From an uncultured Acidobacteriota bacterium (GTDB lineage: Bacteria; Acidobacteriota; Thermoanaerobaculia; Multivoradales; JAHEKO01): 64,000 nt of DNA. Positions 37,689 to 47,475 of the stretch are shown in pieces. Each line of letters starts with the position of its first letter. Positions within the stretch are counted from its first letter, which is position 1. Position numbers and translations under genes: made by a program. The notes beneath the pieces were generated by a model. It was not told where the DNA came from. It did not search any database and was given only the letters and a program-made list of their open reading frames with translations. Location: assembly GCA_963713825.1 (NCBI GenBank), contig CAVQNG010000003.1, positions 1,280,001 through 1,344,000 on the forward strand, read 5' to 3'.

Positions 37689-39013
37689 GGTATGGCCAAC
37701 GTCCAGCGACGGGTATCGCCGGATTCGACCCCGTCGACGAAAATGACGTCTAGGCCCTCGTAGGCGCCGATATCGAAAGCCGGACCCAAAGGTCGGGGCG
37801 TGCCCTCGAGGTCTGTCAGGACTTGCGTCAGGGTTTCGCCGTTGTCGAGGGCAGGACTACCCTCTCGAAGATGGAAATCACCGCCCGGGTCGATGAAGAG
37901 GGCTGCCGGTGAAGACCGGAGTGAGTCCTGATCGTGGCCGGTCTGTGCTCTCCATTCCGCAAGGCTCAGGACCGTGTCGCCATCATCCACGGTGAAGCGA
38001 TCCATGACCACATTGTGATCGGAGCTGAATCCGGCAAGGGAGTCAGCGGTGACGGAGACGCTGCCACGGAACGAATGGTAGTTGTAGAAGACGTTGTTGC
38101 GCACCCGGTTGTCGGTGGAGCTGTTCTTGATGTTGAGGGCCCACCGACCATCGTCGGCGACGATGACTGTGTTGTTGTAGACGTGGTTGCCTGTCGAAGC
38201 AGCGCCACCATCGATTCTGTAGAGCGAGATGCCACTCGCATGATTGTCGAAGAGCAGGTTGTTGCGGATGATGGAGCTCTGGACCCCATCCATATTGATG
38301 CCAGAGCCTCCCCCCAGACCGTTGCCGTAGATGGTGTTGTTCTCGACTACGGCTTCACTGATGATGCCGTCCCCACCCTGTGAGGCATCTCCATTCATGT
38401 GAATGCCATTGGCGCGGTTGTCCCAGATCCGGTTGCCTCGGATCGTCGGTCTGTCGCCACTATTGCTGACATAGATCCCGTGCTCGTCGCCACTGTTGGA
38501 GGTGTGATTCGACTCGATCAACAGGTCGTCGCAGAATCCGGTGAAGATGCCCCAACGTCCGTTACCGTCCAGGCGATTGCCCCGAAGAACAACGTTCTCG
38601 CATAGAACGGCGCGGATTCCAGCCCGCGTCCGGCCGTTGATGTGCAGGCCCTCGACGACAAAGTGGCTGGCACCTTCGAGGTTGATGCCGTCGGGCGTGT
38701 GCGGATTGTCGTCGTCGATCTCGACGGTCTCGCCAGGAAAGGCCTTTACAGTGATGGGCAGGGCGACCGTACCTGAAGTCGTGAAGTGAGCGCCGGCGAA
38801 ACTTCCCGCTCTCAGAAGTACAGTGTCTCCGGGCTGGATCACGCCGGCTGCGTGCTGCAAGGTCGCCCAGGGACTTCCCAGGGTTCCAGAATTGGAATCG
38901 CCTCCGGCTGGCGGGGGAGCGACGTAGTAGGTGGCGGCGCCGAGGCTCACTGGAGGCAAGGCGGCTACCAGAATTCCTGCCAGCAACGAGAACAACCCCG
39001 TAGAATGCGCCAT
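37685..39013 (-). CDS. Secreted right-handed beta-helix repeat protein with C-terminal FVDGVESG tail
   Basis: Signal peptide; YYVAP..GGDSN.GT..SPWATLQHA; PbH1 repeats; DFHLREGSPALD..DIGAYE; ends IFVDGVESGDTRRWTLAIP. Confidence 0.82.
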   Translation of the reverse strand: MAHSTGLFSLLAGILVAALPPVSLGAATYYVAPPPAGGDSNSGTLGSPWATLQHAAGVIQPGDTVLLRAGSFAGAHFTTSGTVALPITVKAFPGETVEIDDDNPHTPDGINLEGASHFVVEGLHINGRTRAGIRAVLCENVVLRGNRLDGNGRWGIFTGFCDDLLIESNHTSNSGDEHGIYVSNSGDRPTIRGNRIWDNRANGIHMNGDASQGGDGIISEAVVENNTIYGNGLGGGSGINMDGVQSSIIRNNLLFDNHASGISLYRIDGGAASTGNHVYNNTVIVADDGRWALNIKNSSTDNRVRNNVFYNYHSFRGSVSVTADSLAGFSSDHNVVMDRFTVDDGDTVLSLAEWRAQTGHDQDSLRSSPAALFIDPGGDFHLREGSPALDNGETLTQVLTDLEGTPRPLGPAFDIGAYEGLDVIFVDGVESGDTRRWTLAIP

Positions 39014-39178
39014 TTCCGGTCCCCAGCGATGCCTCTTCATCGTACTGTGGGAGAGTCGAAGCGGCAGCGGAGCAAGACACAGAGACGGATGCGCAGAGCT
39101 GGCTCCGAAAGTGGGGCAAGGTAGGCTATGCCATTCAGATCCGATCACAAGGCCGCTCGAGGCCACCAGGAGGAATCA

Positions 39179-39808
39179 ATGGGAACACCGAAGAAAGGCA
39201 TCCAGATCGTCAGCATTGTCGGCACCAGTCGGCCGGGCAATTTCACCGCCAGGGCCGTCGAAGTGGTCAATGACGAGCTGCGGAAGTCTGGCGTCGAAGT
39301 CACGACGATCGATCCGGCGAAGGTCGAGTTGAACTTTCCCGGCCAACCGGTGACCGAGGGTGCGAGAGAGGTGCAGCGTGCCGTTGAAGGTGCCACAGGT
39401 GTTGTCATGGCGACGCCCGAGTACCATGGATCGTTTGCCAGTGCTCTGAAGCTCATCATCGAGAACCTTGGATTTCCTTCAAAGCTCTCTGGCAAACCGA
39501 TCGCCCTGCTCGGAGTTGCGAGCGGGCGCATCGGAGCGATCAAATCTCTGGAACAGCTGCGTAGTGTTTGCTCGCACGTCGGAGGAATCGTGCTGCCTGG
39601 TCCGGTTTCGGTGGCCGCCGTTCACCGGGTCTTCGATGACCAGGGGAAGTGCCTGGACGAGGCCGTGGAGAAGCAGGTGAGAGGGGTGGCGACCCACCTT
39701 CTGGACTATCTGGATCAGAACATCTGTCCGCGCATCGCCCTGGAGGCGATCGTCAGGGCCGGCGGCGAGTCGGACATCCCGGTGCCAACATGCAGCCGTG
39801 GCGCGTGA
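39179..39808 (+). CDS. NADPH-dependent FMN reductase
   Basis: GTSRPGNFT and TPEYHGS..SALK motifs; AGGAGG RBS. Confidence 0.9.
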   Translation: MGTPKKGIQIVSIVGTSRPGNFTARAVEVVNDELRKSGVEVTTIDPAKVELNFPGQPVTEGAREVQRAVEGATGVVMATPEYHGSFASALKLIIENLGFPSKLSGKPIALLGVASGRIGAIKSLEQLRSVCSHVGGIVLPGPVSVAAVHRVFDDQGKCLDEAVEKQVRGVATHLLDYLDQNICPRIALEAIVRAGGESDIPVPTCSRGA

Positions 39809-39863
39809 GTCCTGACTCTTCGCCCCAGATGGGTCACACAGATCTTCTGAACCTGGGCGGGAC

Positions 39864-40955
39864 CTATCGGACCTGAGCCGGTTGGAGCGTCAGCAGGACA
39901 GCCTCGGGGGGACAGCCAATCCGGAATGGGAATCCTGTGGCGCCGAGGCCTCGACTGACGACGAGTTGTGAATTGCCGGCTCGGTAGTGCCCTTCATCGA
40001 GTCGGTAACGGCTCATCCGGACCAGGACTGGTAGACCGGGAAGCCGCCACTGGCCGCCGTGGGTGTGGCCGGCCAGGACCAGGGAGACATCGCGATCCAC
40101 CGCTTCAGGAAATACATCTGGGTTGTGAGAGAGCAAGAGGCTCGCAGCCCCGTCAGGCCTCCCTTGGAGGGCCGATTCGAGCTGCGCTTCGCCGCACAGT
40201 AGGTCGTCGACACCTGCGAGCAAGAGACGGCCGCCGCCGCGTTCGAGCATCACCGAGCGATTCTGAAGGAAGCGGACTCCGCTGGACTCCAGCAGCTCCA
40301 TGAGAGCCTCGGGCTGGCCGGTGTAATGGTCGTGATTGCCGAGAACCCCGTACACACCGAGGGGAGCCGCCAGGGTTTTGTAGGTCGGAGCTGTCGGTTC
40401 CACCTCCTCCAAGCGAACGGTGGCGAAATCACCGGCCAGGAGTATGAGGTCGGGCTCCAGGGTCATGAGCCTGTCGAAGGTGCGTTCGAGCGCTCCGGGA
40501 GCCAGGAAGGGTCCGGCGTGGAAGTCCGAGATCAGCAGCAGCTTCAGGTCGGCAAAGCTGTGGTCGAGTTGTTGGATAGCGATTGAAGCCTCCGAGACCG
40601 TAAGGTCCCGCTCGAGAGCTCGACTATAGGGCCAGGCGATTCCCGGGACTCGCGGGAAGATGCGATGGCTCAGAAACTTGTTTGTGCCGCGCTCGACTCT
40701 GCGAAACCAGCCTTTTGCCGGGTTGAAGAGGTGCCGGAGTCGAAAACTGGTGGCTGAAGGTGGCCCCAGGCTCTCATGGTGAACGCCGGAAGGGTCTGGT
40801 GACGATTCTGATGACCCCTGGGTGTCCGTCGGTCGCTCAGCCGTCGGTGGAGTACTGTCAGTATCCCGCGCCTCCCTCTTGTCTCCAGTCCGAGTCGATC
40901 GAGAAGTCGGCTCTGGCGGTACCTCGCGAGGTGGCGGCAAGTCCGAAAAACGCAT
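39864..40955 (-). CDS. Metallophosphoesterase (YkuE-like)
   Basis: SDFH, AGDF, GNHD, HNPD and GHTHGGQ motifs. Start uncertain. Confidence 0.88.
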   Translation of the reverse strand: MRFSDLPPPREVPPEPTSRSTRTGDKREARDTDSTPPTAERPTDTQGSSESSPDPSGVHHESLGPPSATSFRLRHLFNPAKGWFRRVERGTNKFLSHRIFPRVPGIAWPYSRALERDLTVSEASIAIQQLDHSFADLKLLLISDFHAGPFLAPGALERTFDRLMTLEPDLILLAGDFATVRLEEVEPTAPTYKTLAAPLGVYGVLGNHDHYTGQPEALMELLESSGVRFLQNRSVMLERGGGRLLLAGVDDLLCGEAQLESALQGRPDGAASLLLSHNPDVFPEAVDRDVSLVLAGHTHGGQWRLPGLPVLVRMSRYRLDEGHYRAGNSQLVVSRGLGATGFPFRIGCPPEAVLLTLQPAQVR

Positions 40956-40965
40956 GGTGACGAGC

Positions 40966-42489
40966 CTACAGCTGGGCCTCGGGGCGAAGCGCCTCATCGG
41001 TGGCGCGACCCAGGCGCATGACGACTTCGGGAAAGGCTTCGATGTCCTCCAACGAAGTGCGAAAGTTGACCACGCAGATGCGCAGGGCGAATCGCTCCTG
41101 GATGATGGCGTTGGAAAGATAGATCTCGCCCGAGCGCTCGATGCGAGCCAGGATCTCCTGATTCAAATCGTTGAGATAGGAACGCACCGGCTCTGTCTCG
41201 GAACGGTCGAGGAGATCGTGCGGAACATAGCGAAAAGTCGTAATGCTCAAATTCTGCGACAGGGCCTCGATCTCAGGGTAGTCGGTCAGCAGGTCGTGCA
41301 AGGCTCTGGCCAGTTGGATGTCGTCTCGAATCATCTGCACATAGCCGGAGCGGCCCACCTGCTGCAGAGCGAGCCAGACCTTGAGGGCCCGAAAGCCGCG
41401 CGAGTTCTGCAGTCCGTATTCGAAGTAGTTCGTGGCCAGCTCGCCAAAGTGATAGTACGGCGCACCATGTGCGAAGGCACCTCGTAGCGTTTCGGGATCC
41501 CGCACCAGGGCGCAGCCTGCTTCCAAGGGAGCGTAGAGCCACTTGTGTGGATCCACCGCGACGGAATCGGCCTCCGGCATGCCCGCGAGCAGGTCAGCAG
41601 CCTCGGGAACCGCGGCGGCCAGAGCGCCGTAGGCACCATCGACGTGGAACCAGAGGTCTCTCTCACGGCAGATCTCTGCGAGCTCCGCGAGAGGGTCGAT
41701 TGCCCCAGTGCTGACGGTACTGGCCGTGCCGACCACCAGGAACGGTTGATCACCCTCCGCAACATCCTTGTCGAGTTGGCTTCTCAGATCCGCCAGGTCC
41801 AGGCGTGATTCGTCGTCGACTCGAATCGAACGTAGCGAGTCGGTCCCGAGTCCCGAGATATCCATCGCCTTGTTGATCCAGGTGTGGACCTCGGTCGAGG
41901 CGTAGACGCGCATCGGACCCCCCGGGTTGGCGTCGAGGCCGCGGCCTTGCAGGTCCCAGCTCGCCTTCGAGGTGCGGGCGGCAAGGAAGCAGACGATATT
42001 CGCCAGGTTGCCGCCGCTGACCAGCACCCCGCCAGAGCTCTCGGGATAGCCGATGAGCTCGGCGATCCAGCGCACCGTCTGGGCCTCGATCTCCGTGGCC
42101 ATCGGTGCGATGGGCCAGGCTCCGACATTGGGGTTGACCGCGGCGGCGAGCAGATCTCCCAGCATGCCGATGGGGGCAGGCGCGGAGGTGATGTAGCCGA
42201 GGAAACGGGGATGGCCGTTGAAGAGGGAGTGATCGAAGAGTAGCTTGGTGGTCTCCTCGAGTAGTGCTGTCGCGTCGGTACCGTGCTCCGGAAGTCGACG
42301 AGAGGCCTTCAGCGCGTCACGTATGGTTCCGGGGCTCTCCGCCGGGGTGACGGGTCGGTCTGGCAACGAGCCCAGTAGCTCGGCGATTCGGTCGACGACC
42401 TGATGGCCGACTCGACGGAACTCGTTGGGACTCATATCCAGTGGAGCGCAACGGTTCTTCAGTCGATCCAGTTGATCACTACTCGTCAT
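40966..42489 (-). CDS. PLP-dependent aromatic-L-amino-acid decarboxylase family (group II decarboxylase)
   Basis: HPRFLGYI, SGGNLAN, WFHVDGAYG, DPHKWLYAP (PLP Lys) and SRGFRALKVW motifs. Confidence 0.9.
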   Translation of the reverse strand: MTSSDQLDRLKNRCAPLDMSPNEFRRVGHQVVDRIAELLGSLPDRPVTPAESPGTIRDALKASRRLPEHGTDATALLEETTKLLFDHSLFNGHPRFLGYITSAPAPIGMLGDLLAAAVNPNVGAWPIAPMATEIEAQTVRWIAELIGYPESSGGVLVSGGNLANIVCFLAARTSKASWDLQGRGLDANPGGPMRVYASTEVHTWINKAMDISGLGTDSLRSIRVDDESRLDLADLRSQLDKDVAEGDQPFLVVGTASTVSTGAIDPLAELAEICRERDLWFHVDGAYGALAAAVPEAADLLAGMPEADSVAVDPHKWLYAPLEAGCALVRDPETLRGAFAHGAPYYHFGELATNYFEYGLQNSRGFRALKVWLALQQVGRSGYVQMIRDDIQLARALHDLLTDYPEIEALSQNLSITTFRYVPHDLLDRSETEPVRSYLNDLNQEILARIERSGEIYLSNAIIQERFALRICVVNFRTSLEDIEAFPEVVMRLGRATDEALRPEAQL

Positions 42490-42603
42490 GTCGGGAGTCT
42501 CCTTCTCCGGTGCCTATCGAGCGCGAATATATCCGATCCTCGAAGGAGCGAGGGCGATCGCCATACCTGTCGTTGGTCAGATCCTCCAGTAGAATCCAGC
42601 CTC

Positions 42604-44361
42604 ATGCGCCGCCTATCGCGATTCACTTTGCTGGCTTCGGTCCTACTTGCTTCGGCCTGTGGTCTTGGTGATTCCGCTGAAGAGGGAGTCGCATACTACG
42701 ACTTGGTGGGCAATCGGGGCTCGTGGGCTGCCGTAGGGACGAATCCCTCGCTCCAGCCTGTCGTCGACCCTGCAGAGGGGATTGTCTTTCTGCCGGCTGG
42801 GGCCAGCGTCGACTACCTCTTGTTCGCAGAGCCCAAGAGCACGTTGCGGGTGGAGGGAGTCACTCTGCGAGGTGCCAGCACCCGACTCGATGTGCGATTG
42901 GAGACCGACGGCGATGGAGACCGTGAGTTGGCGTCGTTCCGGCGATCAAAGGAAGGCGTAGCCGTTTCTCTTGAGCTGAAATCGCGGACAGCGGTTCGCC
43001 TCAGCCTGGCCTCAGTGGCGAGCGACGACGAACCAGGTAGTGGTGTGGTTCTCAGAAGCCCCGCGCTGTGGGCGTCTTCCGAGGTAAGGGTCTCCACACC
43101 GGCCCCGGTCGGAGAAGCAAGGCCGCGCCGCGCCAACGTTCTGATCTACCTGGTGGACACCCTGCGGTCCGATCGCCTGGGGATTCTCGGCTATCCACGG
43201 CCGATCACACCGAATATCGATCGTTTTGCCGAGAGCTCCAGCCTGTTTCTCAACGCCATTGGTCAGTCCTCGTGGACCAAGGCGTCCGTAGGATCGATCT
43301 TCACTGGGCTGTGGCCGCCGGCGCATGGCGCTATCGGCTGGAAACACAAGCTGTCGAGTGAGATCGAGACCCTGGCCGAGAGGCTCCAGGCGGATGGTTA
43401 TCGAACGGCCGCGTTCGTTACCAACCCCAATGTGGTCAGAACCTTCGGCTTCACGCAGGGCTTCGATGAATTCACTCGCAAGCTCAAGCGTCCCTCCGAT
43501 GAGGTCAACCAGATGGTCTTCGATTGGTTCGAAGGAAGAAAGGACGAGGATCCGTTCCTGCTCTATGTACACACGATGGATCCCCATGCACCGTATGCTC
43601 CACGCGAGCCCTTCAAATCGAAGTTTGCTCCGACGGCCGACGAGATCCCTCAGTGGCAGCCCCGTTGGCGTTGGCCGATGGAGGCACTGCCCTATCTGTC
43701 CGACCTCTATGATGCGGAGATCGCGTTCAACGATGCGAGCTTCGGCCAGCTGCTCGGCTTTCTCGAAGAGCGCGGGCTCTACGATGACACCTTGATCGTC
43801 TTCGTCTCCGATCATGGAGAGGAGTTCAAGGAGCACGGCCGATGGCGACATGGCGCCAACCTGCATGCGGAGACCCTGAACTTCCCGTTGATCGTCAAAT
43901 TCCCCGACCAACAGGATGGAACCACAGTCGAAACGGCTGTGCAGCACATCGATCTTCTGCCGACGATCCTCGCCAGTGTGGGTCTGGAGATCCCGGAGGC
44001 GTTGGAGGGCCGTGACCTGGCTCCCATCGCAATGGCCGGCTTGGCGCCTGGCGAGACGGTCTCGTCGGGGATCTACTCTCACTTGCGCCTGGGAAGTGGT
44101 CCGCTGAACCACAGCCTCGTGAAGGGACAGTGGAAGCTGATTCGCAAACTGCGAGACGAGGGCTGGGAGACATCGCTGTTCGATTGGCGGCAGGATCCTG
44201 CCGAAACCCGGGACCTGGTGAGTGAAAGGCCGCTTCTGGCAGCCGTGTTGTCAGCGATGATCGACGACAAGGTGGCGAGCCTCGAACAGAGCGCAGCCGA
44301 AGAGGTCGTTCTCAGCGAGGAGCTCGAAGAGGATCTCAGGGCGCTGGGCTATCTGGAGTAG
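42604..44361 (+). CDS. Sulfatase-like alkaline-phosphatase-superfamily lipoprotein
   Basis: Lipobox ASAC; NVLIYLVDTLRSD, WTKASVGSIFTG, DPHAPY and SDHGEEF motifs; ends LRALGYLE. Confidence 0.85.
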   Translation: MRRLSRFTLLASVLLASACGLGDSAEEGVAYYDLVGNRGSWAAVGTNPSLQPVVDPAEGIVFLPAGASVDYLLFAEPKSTLRVEGVTLRGASTRLDVRLETDGDGDRELASFRRSKEGVAVSLELKSRTAVRLSLASVASDDEPGSGVVLRSPALWASSEVRVSTPAPVGEARPRRANVLIYLVDTLRSDRLGILGYPRPITPNIDRFAESSSLFLNAIGQSSWTKASVGSIFTGLWPPAHGAIGWKHKLSSEIETLAERLQADGYRTAAFVTNPNVVRTFGFTQGFDEFTRKLKRPSDEVNQMVFDWFEGRKDEDPFLLYVHTMDPHAPYAPREPFKSKFAPTADEIPQWQPRWRWPMEALPYLSDLYDAEIAFNDASFGQLLGFLEERGLYDDTLIVFVSDHGEEFKEHGRWRHGANLHAETLNFPLIVKFPDQQDGTTVETAVQHIDLLPTILASVGLEIPEALEGRDLAPIAMAGLAPGETVSSGIYSHLRLGSGPLNHSLVKGQWKLIRKLRDEGWETSLFDWRQDPAETRDLVSERPLLAAVLSAMIDDKVASLEQSAAEEVVLSEELEEDLRALGYLE

Positions 44362-45287
44362 GCAGCTCGATCGTTGGCCAGGGCGGGGATTGCCGTCAAC
44401 ACCTGCCGAGCCGCCGGAACCGAGAGGCTGTTACCGACCAGGCGCCAGGCGACCGACGTCGGAAGATCCGGCGGCAGTAGGAAGTCGGCAGGAAATCCCA
44501 AGAGCCGAAGTATCTCCTGTGGTGAGAAGCGACGTAGCCCGGACGGTGTCTCGAGGTAGGAGCCGCTGCGGACCGGCGAACGCCCATAGGCCGAGGTGAA
44601 GCAGGTAGCGACCGCTGCGGAATCCTTGGCGTTCACGATGCTGATTGCGTGACCGTACCTGTCGATCAGTGCCTCATCGACCCAGAGATCGGCTGGGGGC
44701 TCGAGGTCGAGATACGCTTCGAGCGGTCGAGGCTCCCGCGGCATTTGCGACATGGGTCCCAACGGCTCGCGTCCCGCCACGAGGAAGAGGCGCCGCCTCC
44801 GATTGGGAACTCCGAGCTCCGTTGGGCATAGCACAACCTCCTGGACCGCATAGCCGAGATCATCCAGAGCCGAACGCAGCACGGAGTGAGTCTGAGAACC
44901 CCTGAACCCCGGGACGTTCTCGAGTGCCAGGTAGGAGGGTGGAGTTTGGCGGAGGCAGTCGATCAATCGGAGGAAGCTCCGCGTTCTGGGGTCCTCGGTG
45001 TCTCGCTGTAGCCCGCGGACGGTAAACGGCTGACAGGGTGGCGATAGCCACCACAAGTCGGCATCGCGCCGTTGAAGGTCGTCGGCTGATACGAACTCGA
45101 GATTGACCGCCACTGTCGTGTCCGGGAAGTTCGACCGATAGACTTCGAGGCCCGCATCGTTGATGTCCATGGCTGCAACGACTTCGGTACCGCGGGGCAG
45201 GGCAGCGCAGCAACCCCCGATTCCACAGTAGAGCTCCAAGACTCGAAATGGTGGCTTGGCCCCGGTATCCAGATCAGGACTATCCAT
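44349..45287 (-). CDS. C5-cytosine methyltransferase, Dnmt2-like (probable tRNA C38 methyltransferase)
   Basis: LELYCGIGG (motif I), SPPCQPF (IV), ENV (VI), PNRRRR (VIII), CFTSAYG (Dnmt2 CFT signature), RRFSPQEI and GNSL. Confidence 0.82.
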   Translation of the reverse strand: MDSPDLDTGAKPPFRVLELYCGIGGCCAALPRGTEVVAAMDINDAGLEVYRSNFPDTTVAVNLEFVSADDLQRRDADLWWLSPPCQPFTVRGLQRDTEDPRTRSFLRLIDCLRQTPPSYLALENVPGFRGSQTHSVLRSALDDLGYAVQEVVLCPTELGVPNRRRRLFLVAGREPLGPMSQMPREPRPLEAYLDLEPPADLWVDEALIDRYGHAISIVNAKDSAAVATCFTSAYGRSPVRSGSYLETPSGLRRFSPQEILRLLGFPADFLLPPDLPTSVAWRLVGNSLSVPAARQVLTAIPALANDRAAYSR

Positions 45288-45327
45288 CGCTCGACTCTGT
45301 GGCTTGGGAGATCGAGTGGGCACTCCG

Positions 45328-46290
45328 CTACTCCTGAATGCCTGCCACCCCTTGCACCCACGATGCTGTGGTCGGTTCACCTTGAAACAGGGAGCGGTCG
45401 ACATCGCGGGTGATCGCCCAGCGATGCAACCAGGTAAGGCCGCCAGGTCCGGTATAGGTGTCCTCAGAGGAGTACGCGGGGTCCTTGAGAGCCTCGTCCA
45501 GATCGATGAATCGATAGCCACGTTGTCGCAGCGACACCACGAGCTCACCGAGATGATGGGCGTTGAGAGCGTTGGCGTGCAGCAGCAAGACCTGTGGAAT
45601 CTCGCGATCGAACAGCTCCTTGCTTTGGCCCTCGTAGTACCTGACCAGCCGCATCATGTAGTCGATGTACTCCCGAGCCAGGCGGGTCTGGAGCTCTTGA
45701 TCCCGGCGGTCGAGTGCCTCGTCATAGGCGCGGGCGAAGATCCACTCTGAGTTGTCGATAGTGATCGGTGCCACCCGGTAGCCTCGTTGAGCGAGGAAGT
45801 CTTCGACAGCCAACTTCGTTTCGAGGTCTAGCCCTGTGTGGAGGAACGGATGACGAAAATATCGTAACGCGCTGCCTCGCGCTGCTAGGAGCTCACCCGA
45901 TATCTGCTCACCGCGAACCAGGTCCTGCTTGAACTCATCGAGGACTACCCGGTGCAGGTCTGGATGAGAGAAGGTGTGATTTCCCAACTCCAGGCCTGCG
46001 TCCAGCCAAAGCTCCAGCAATCGAACCCGTGCTGCATCCACCGTCTCGTCGACATGGAGCTTGTTCTCGTTGACAAAACCGATGGCCGGTATCCCCTGGT
46101 CGCTCATCAATCTCACGAGGTACTGGTTGATTGCGGAGATCCTCGCCTCTGGAAGGCCATGTGCGCGCTGTGCGGGGAGATCGTCGAAAGTAATGACCAT
46201 CTGCCGATCCACTACCGGCTCGCTGGCGATCACAATTGCTGAACCTGCACCCAGGACTATGAACAATAGAACTGCAGCCGTCGGTTTCAT
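45328..46290 (-). CDS. Polysaccharide deacetylase (CE4) family protein
   Basis: Signal peptide; ITFDDLP, GNHTFSH, YFRHPFL and LLLH motifs. Confidence 0.9.
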   Translation of the reverse strand: MKPTAAVLLFIVLGAGSAIVIASEPVVDRQMVITFDDLPAQRAHGLPEARISAINQYLVRLMSDQGIPAIGFVNENKLHVDETVDAARVRLLELWLDAGLELGNHTFSHPDLHRVVLDEFKQDLVRGEQISGELLAARGSALRYFRHPFLHTGLDLETKLAVEDFLAQRGYRVAPITIDNSEWIFARAYDEALDRRDQELQTRLAREYIDYMMRLVRYYEGQSKELFDREIPQVLLLHANALNAHHLGELVVSLRQRGYRFIDLDEALKDPAYSSEDTYTGPGGLTWLHRWAITRDVDRSLFQGEPTTASWVQGVAGIQE

Positions 46291-46313
46291 GGCTCGTGAG
46301 CCTAGCACTGTGA

Positions 46314-46773
46314 GGGGTTGAGGCAGCTGGGCCTTCCTTCCAGTGGATATTGAGGGCTTGGGGGATCATGAGCCCGTCACTCCTCCGGCCGACCTTCGAG
46401 GCTTGGGGGTCGAGGCGTCCGATCGAACCAGGGATCTCCCTCGTCTGCGGCCTCACCCGACCATGCCCCTCCGACGAGGGAGACCCATGGCCCGATCTGC
46501 CTCCTTCGAGAAATAGTAAGAATCAAATTTCTGTCTAGCCCCCTACGCCCCTTCTGCCTTCAATGGTGCCCGAGGTTCGTTCGGGTGGTTCGACAGGGGG
46601 CGCCGAGTCGAGCGCAGCGCAAGAGCCACGAGAGAGCACAAGAGATGGGGCGCGATGACGAGACGAGATGGAGGCCCCCCGTTGCAGTTTGAGTAGCCTC
46701 CATCGTCCCCTTGCGAACCACTCGGATGGGCCTCTACCCGAAGCGAATTGTCTTTTCAGGACTCAGGGCGCAA
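46314..46773 (+). repeat. Dispersed structured intergenic repeat, copy B
   Basis: Homologous to copies A and C; stems at 46421-46497 and 46585-46721. Ends approximate. Confidence 0.9.
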
Positions 46774-46829
46774 GAAGGGTGGGGGAGAGAGGCCAAGGGG
46801 GCTAGAATCCAGGAACGGAAAGGGGAATC

Positions 46830-47366
46830 ATGGATAGAACACGCAGACGTGAGCACAGATCGAGGCTCGACACGAGCAGAGCCTGGCACGCGCAGGCTGG
46901 TATTGCCGTACTGGTGATAGTCGCTCTCACAGTGACGGGTTGCACTTCGATGGGCTCTCTCGAGCCGCCGGCGGTAACGTTGGCGGGGGTCGAGCTCACC
47001 GAGGTGACCATGTTCGAAACTACGGTGCAGGTGAAGCTACGGATCTCCAACCCGAATCCCGAGCCCATGACCCTGGAGGGTGCCTCGTTCAAGCTCCGAT
47101 TGGAGGGCTACAAGATCGGGCAGGGCTTATCTTCGGAGGCCGTGACGATCGACCGCTTGGACACAGCGATACTGAACGTGAAGTTTCACGTCAACAATGC
47201 AGTTGCTCTCCTGCAGCTCAAGGAGATTCTCGAACAGGAAGCACTGGATTACGGGATACGAGCGGTCCTGTATACCCAGGGTTCATGGGGTACCAAGAAG
47301 TTGAAGGTCGATAAAGAGGGGCGTTTCGAGTTCACGAGTCCTGTTGAGCTCAATCTGGAAGAGTAG
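46830..47366 (+). CDS. LEA type 2 (WHy-domain) lipoprotein
   Basis: Lipobox VTGC; PPAVTL and LRISNPNP motifs. Confidence 0.85.
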   Translation: MDRTRRREHRSRLDTSRAWHAQAGIAVLVIVALTVTGCTSMGSLEPPAVTLAGVELTEVTMFETTVQVKLRISNPNPEPMTLEGASFKLRLEGYKIGQGLSSEAVTIDRLDTAILNVKFHVNNAVALLQLKEILEQEALDYGIRAVLYTQGSWGTKKLKVDKEGRFEFTSPVELNLEE

Positions 47367-47421
47367 CTCACTGGCTGCGCCTGCAACTCAGGGCTCCGCT
47401 CGCGGCACTCCGTCATAAGAA

Positions 47422-47448
47422 AAGGGCTCCGGCAGAACCGGAGCCCTT
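47422..47448. terminator. Probable bidirectional intrinsic terminator between convergent genes
   Basis: AAGGGCTCCGG-CAGAA-CCGGAGCCCTT 11-bp stem, with an A-run before and T-rich sequence after. Confidence 0.75.
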
Positions 47449-47475
47449 GTGGTTTTTGTGCTGTGCGTGCGGCAA

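Noticed and set aside
93-45287. Functional link between queD (queuosine) and the Dnmt2-like enzyme
   Set aside because: Queuosine stimulates some eukaryotic Dnmt2 enzymes, but these genes are 44 kb apart with nothing in the sequence linking them.
46350-46538. Short ORFs repeated across the long-repeat copies (e.g. CGLTRPCPSDEGDPWPDLP)
   Set aside because: Their similarity follows from the DNA repeat; starts, stops and frames are not conserved among copies.
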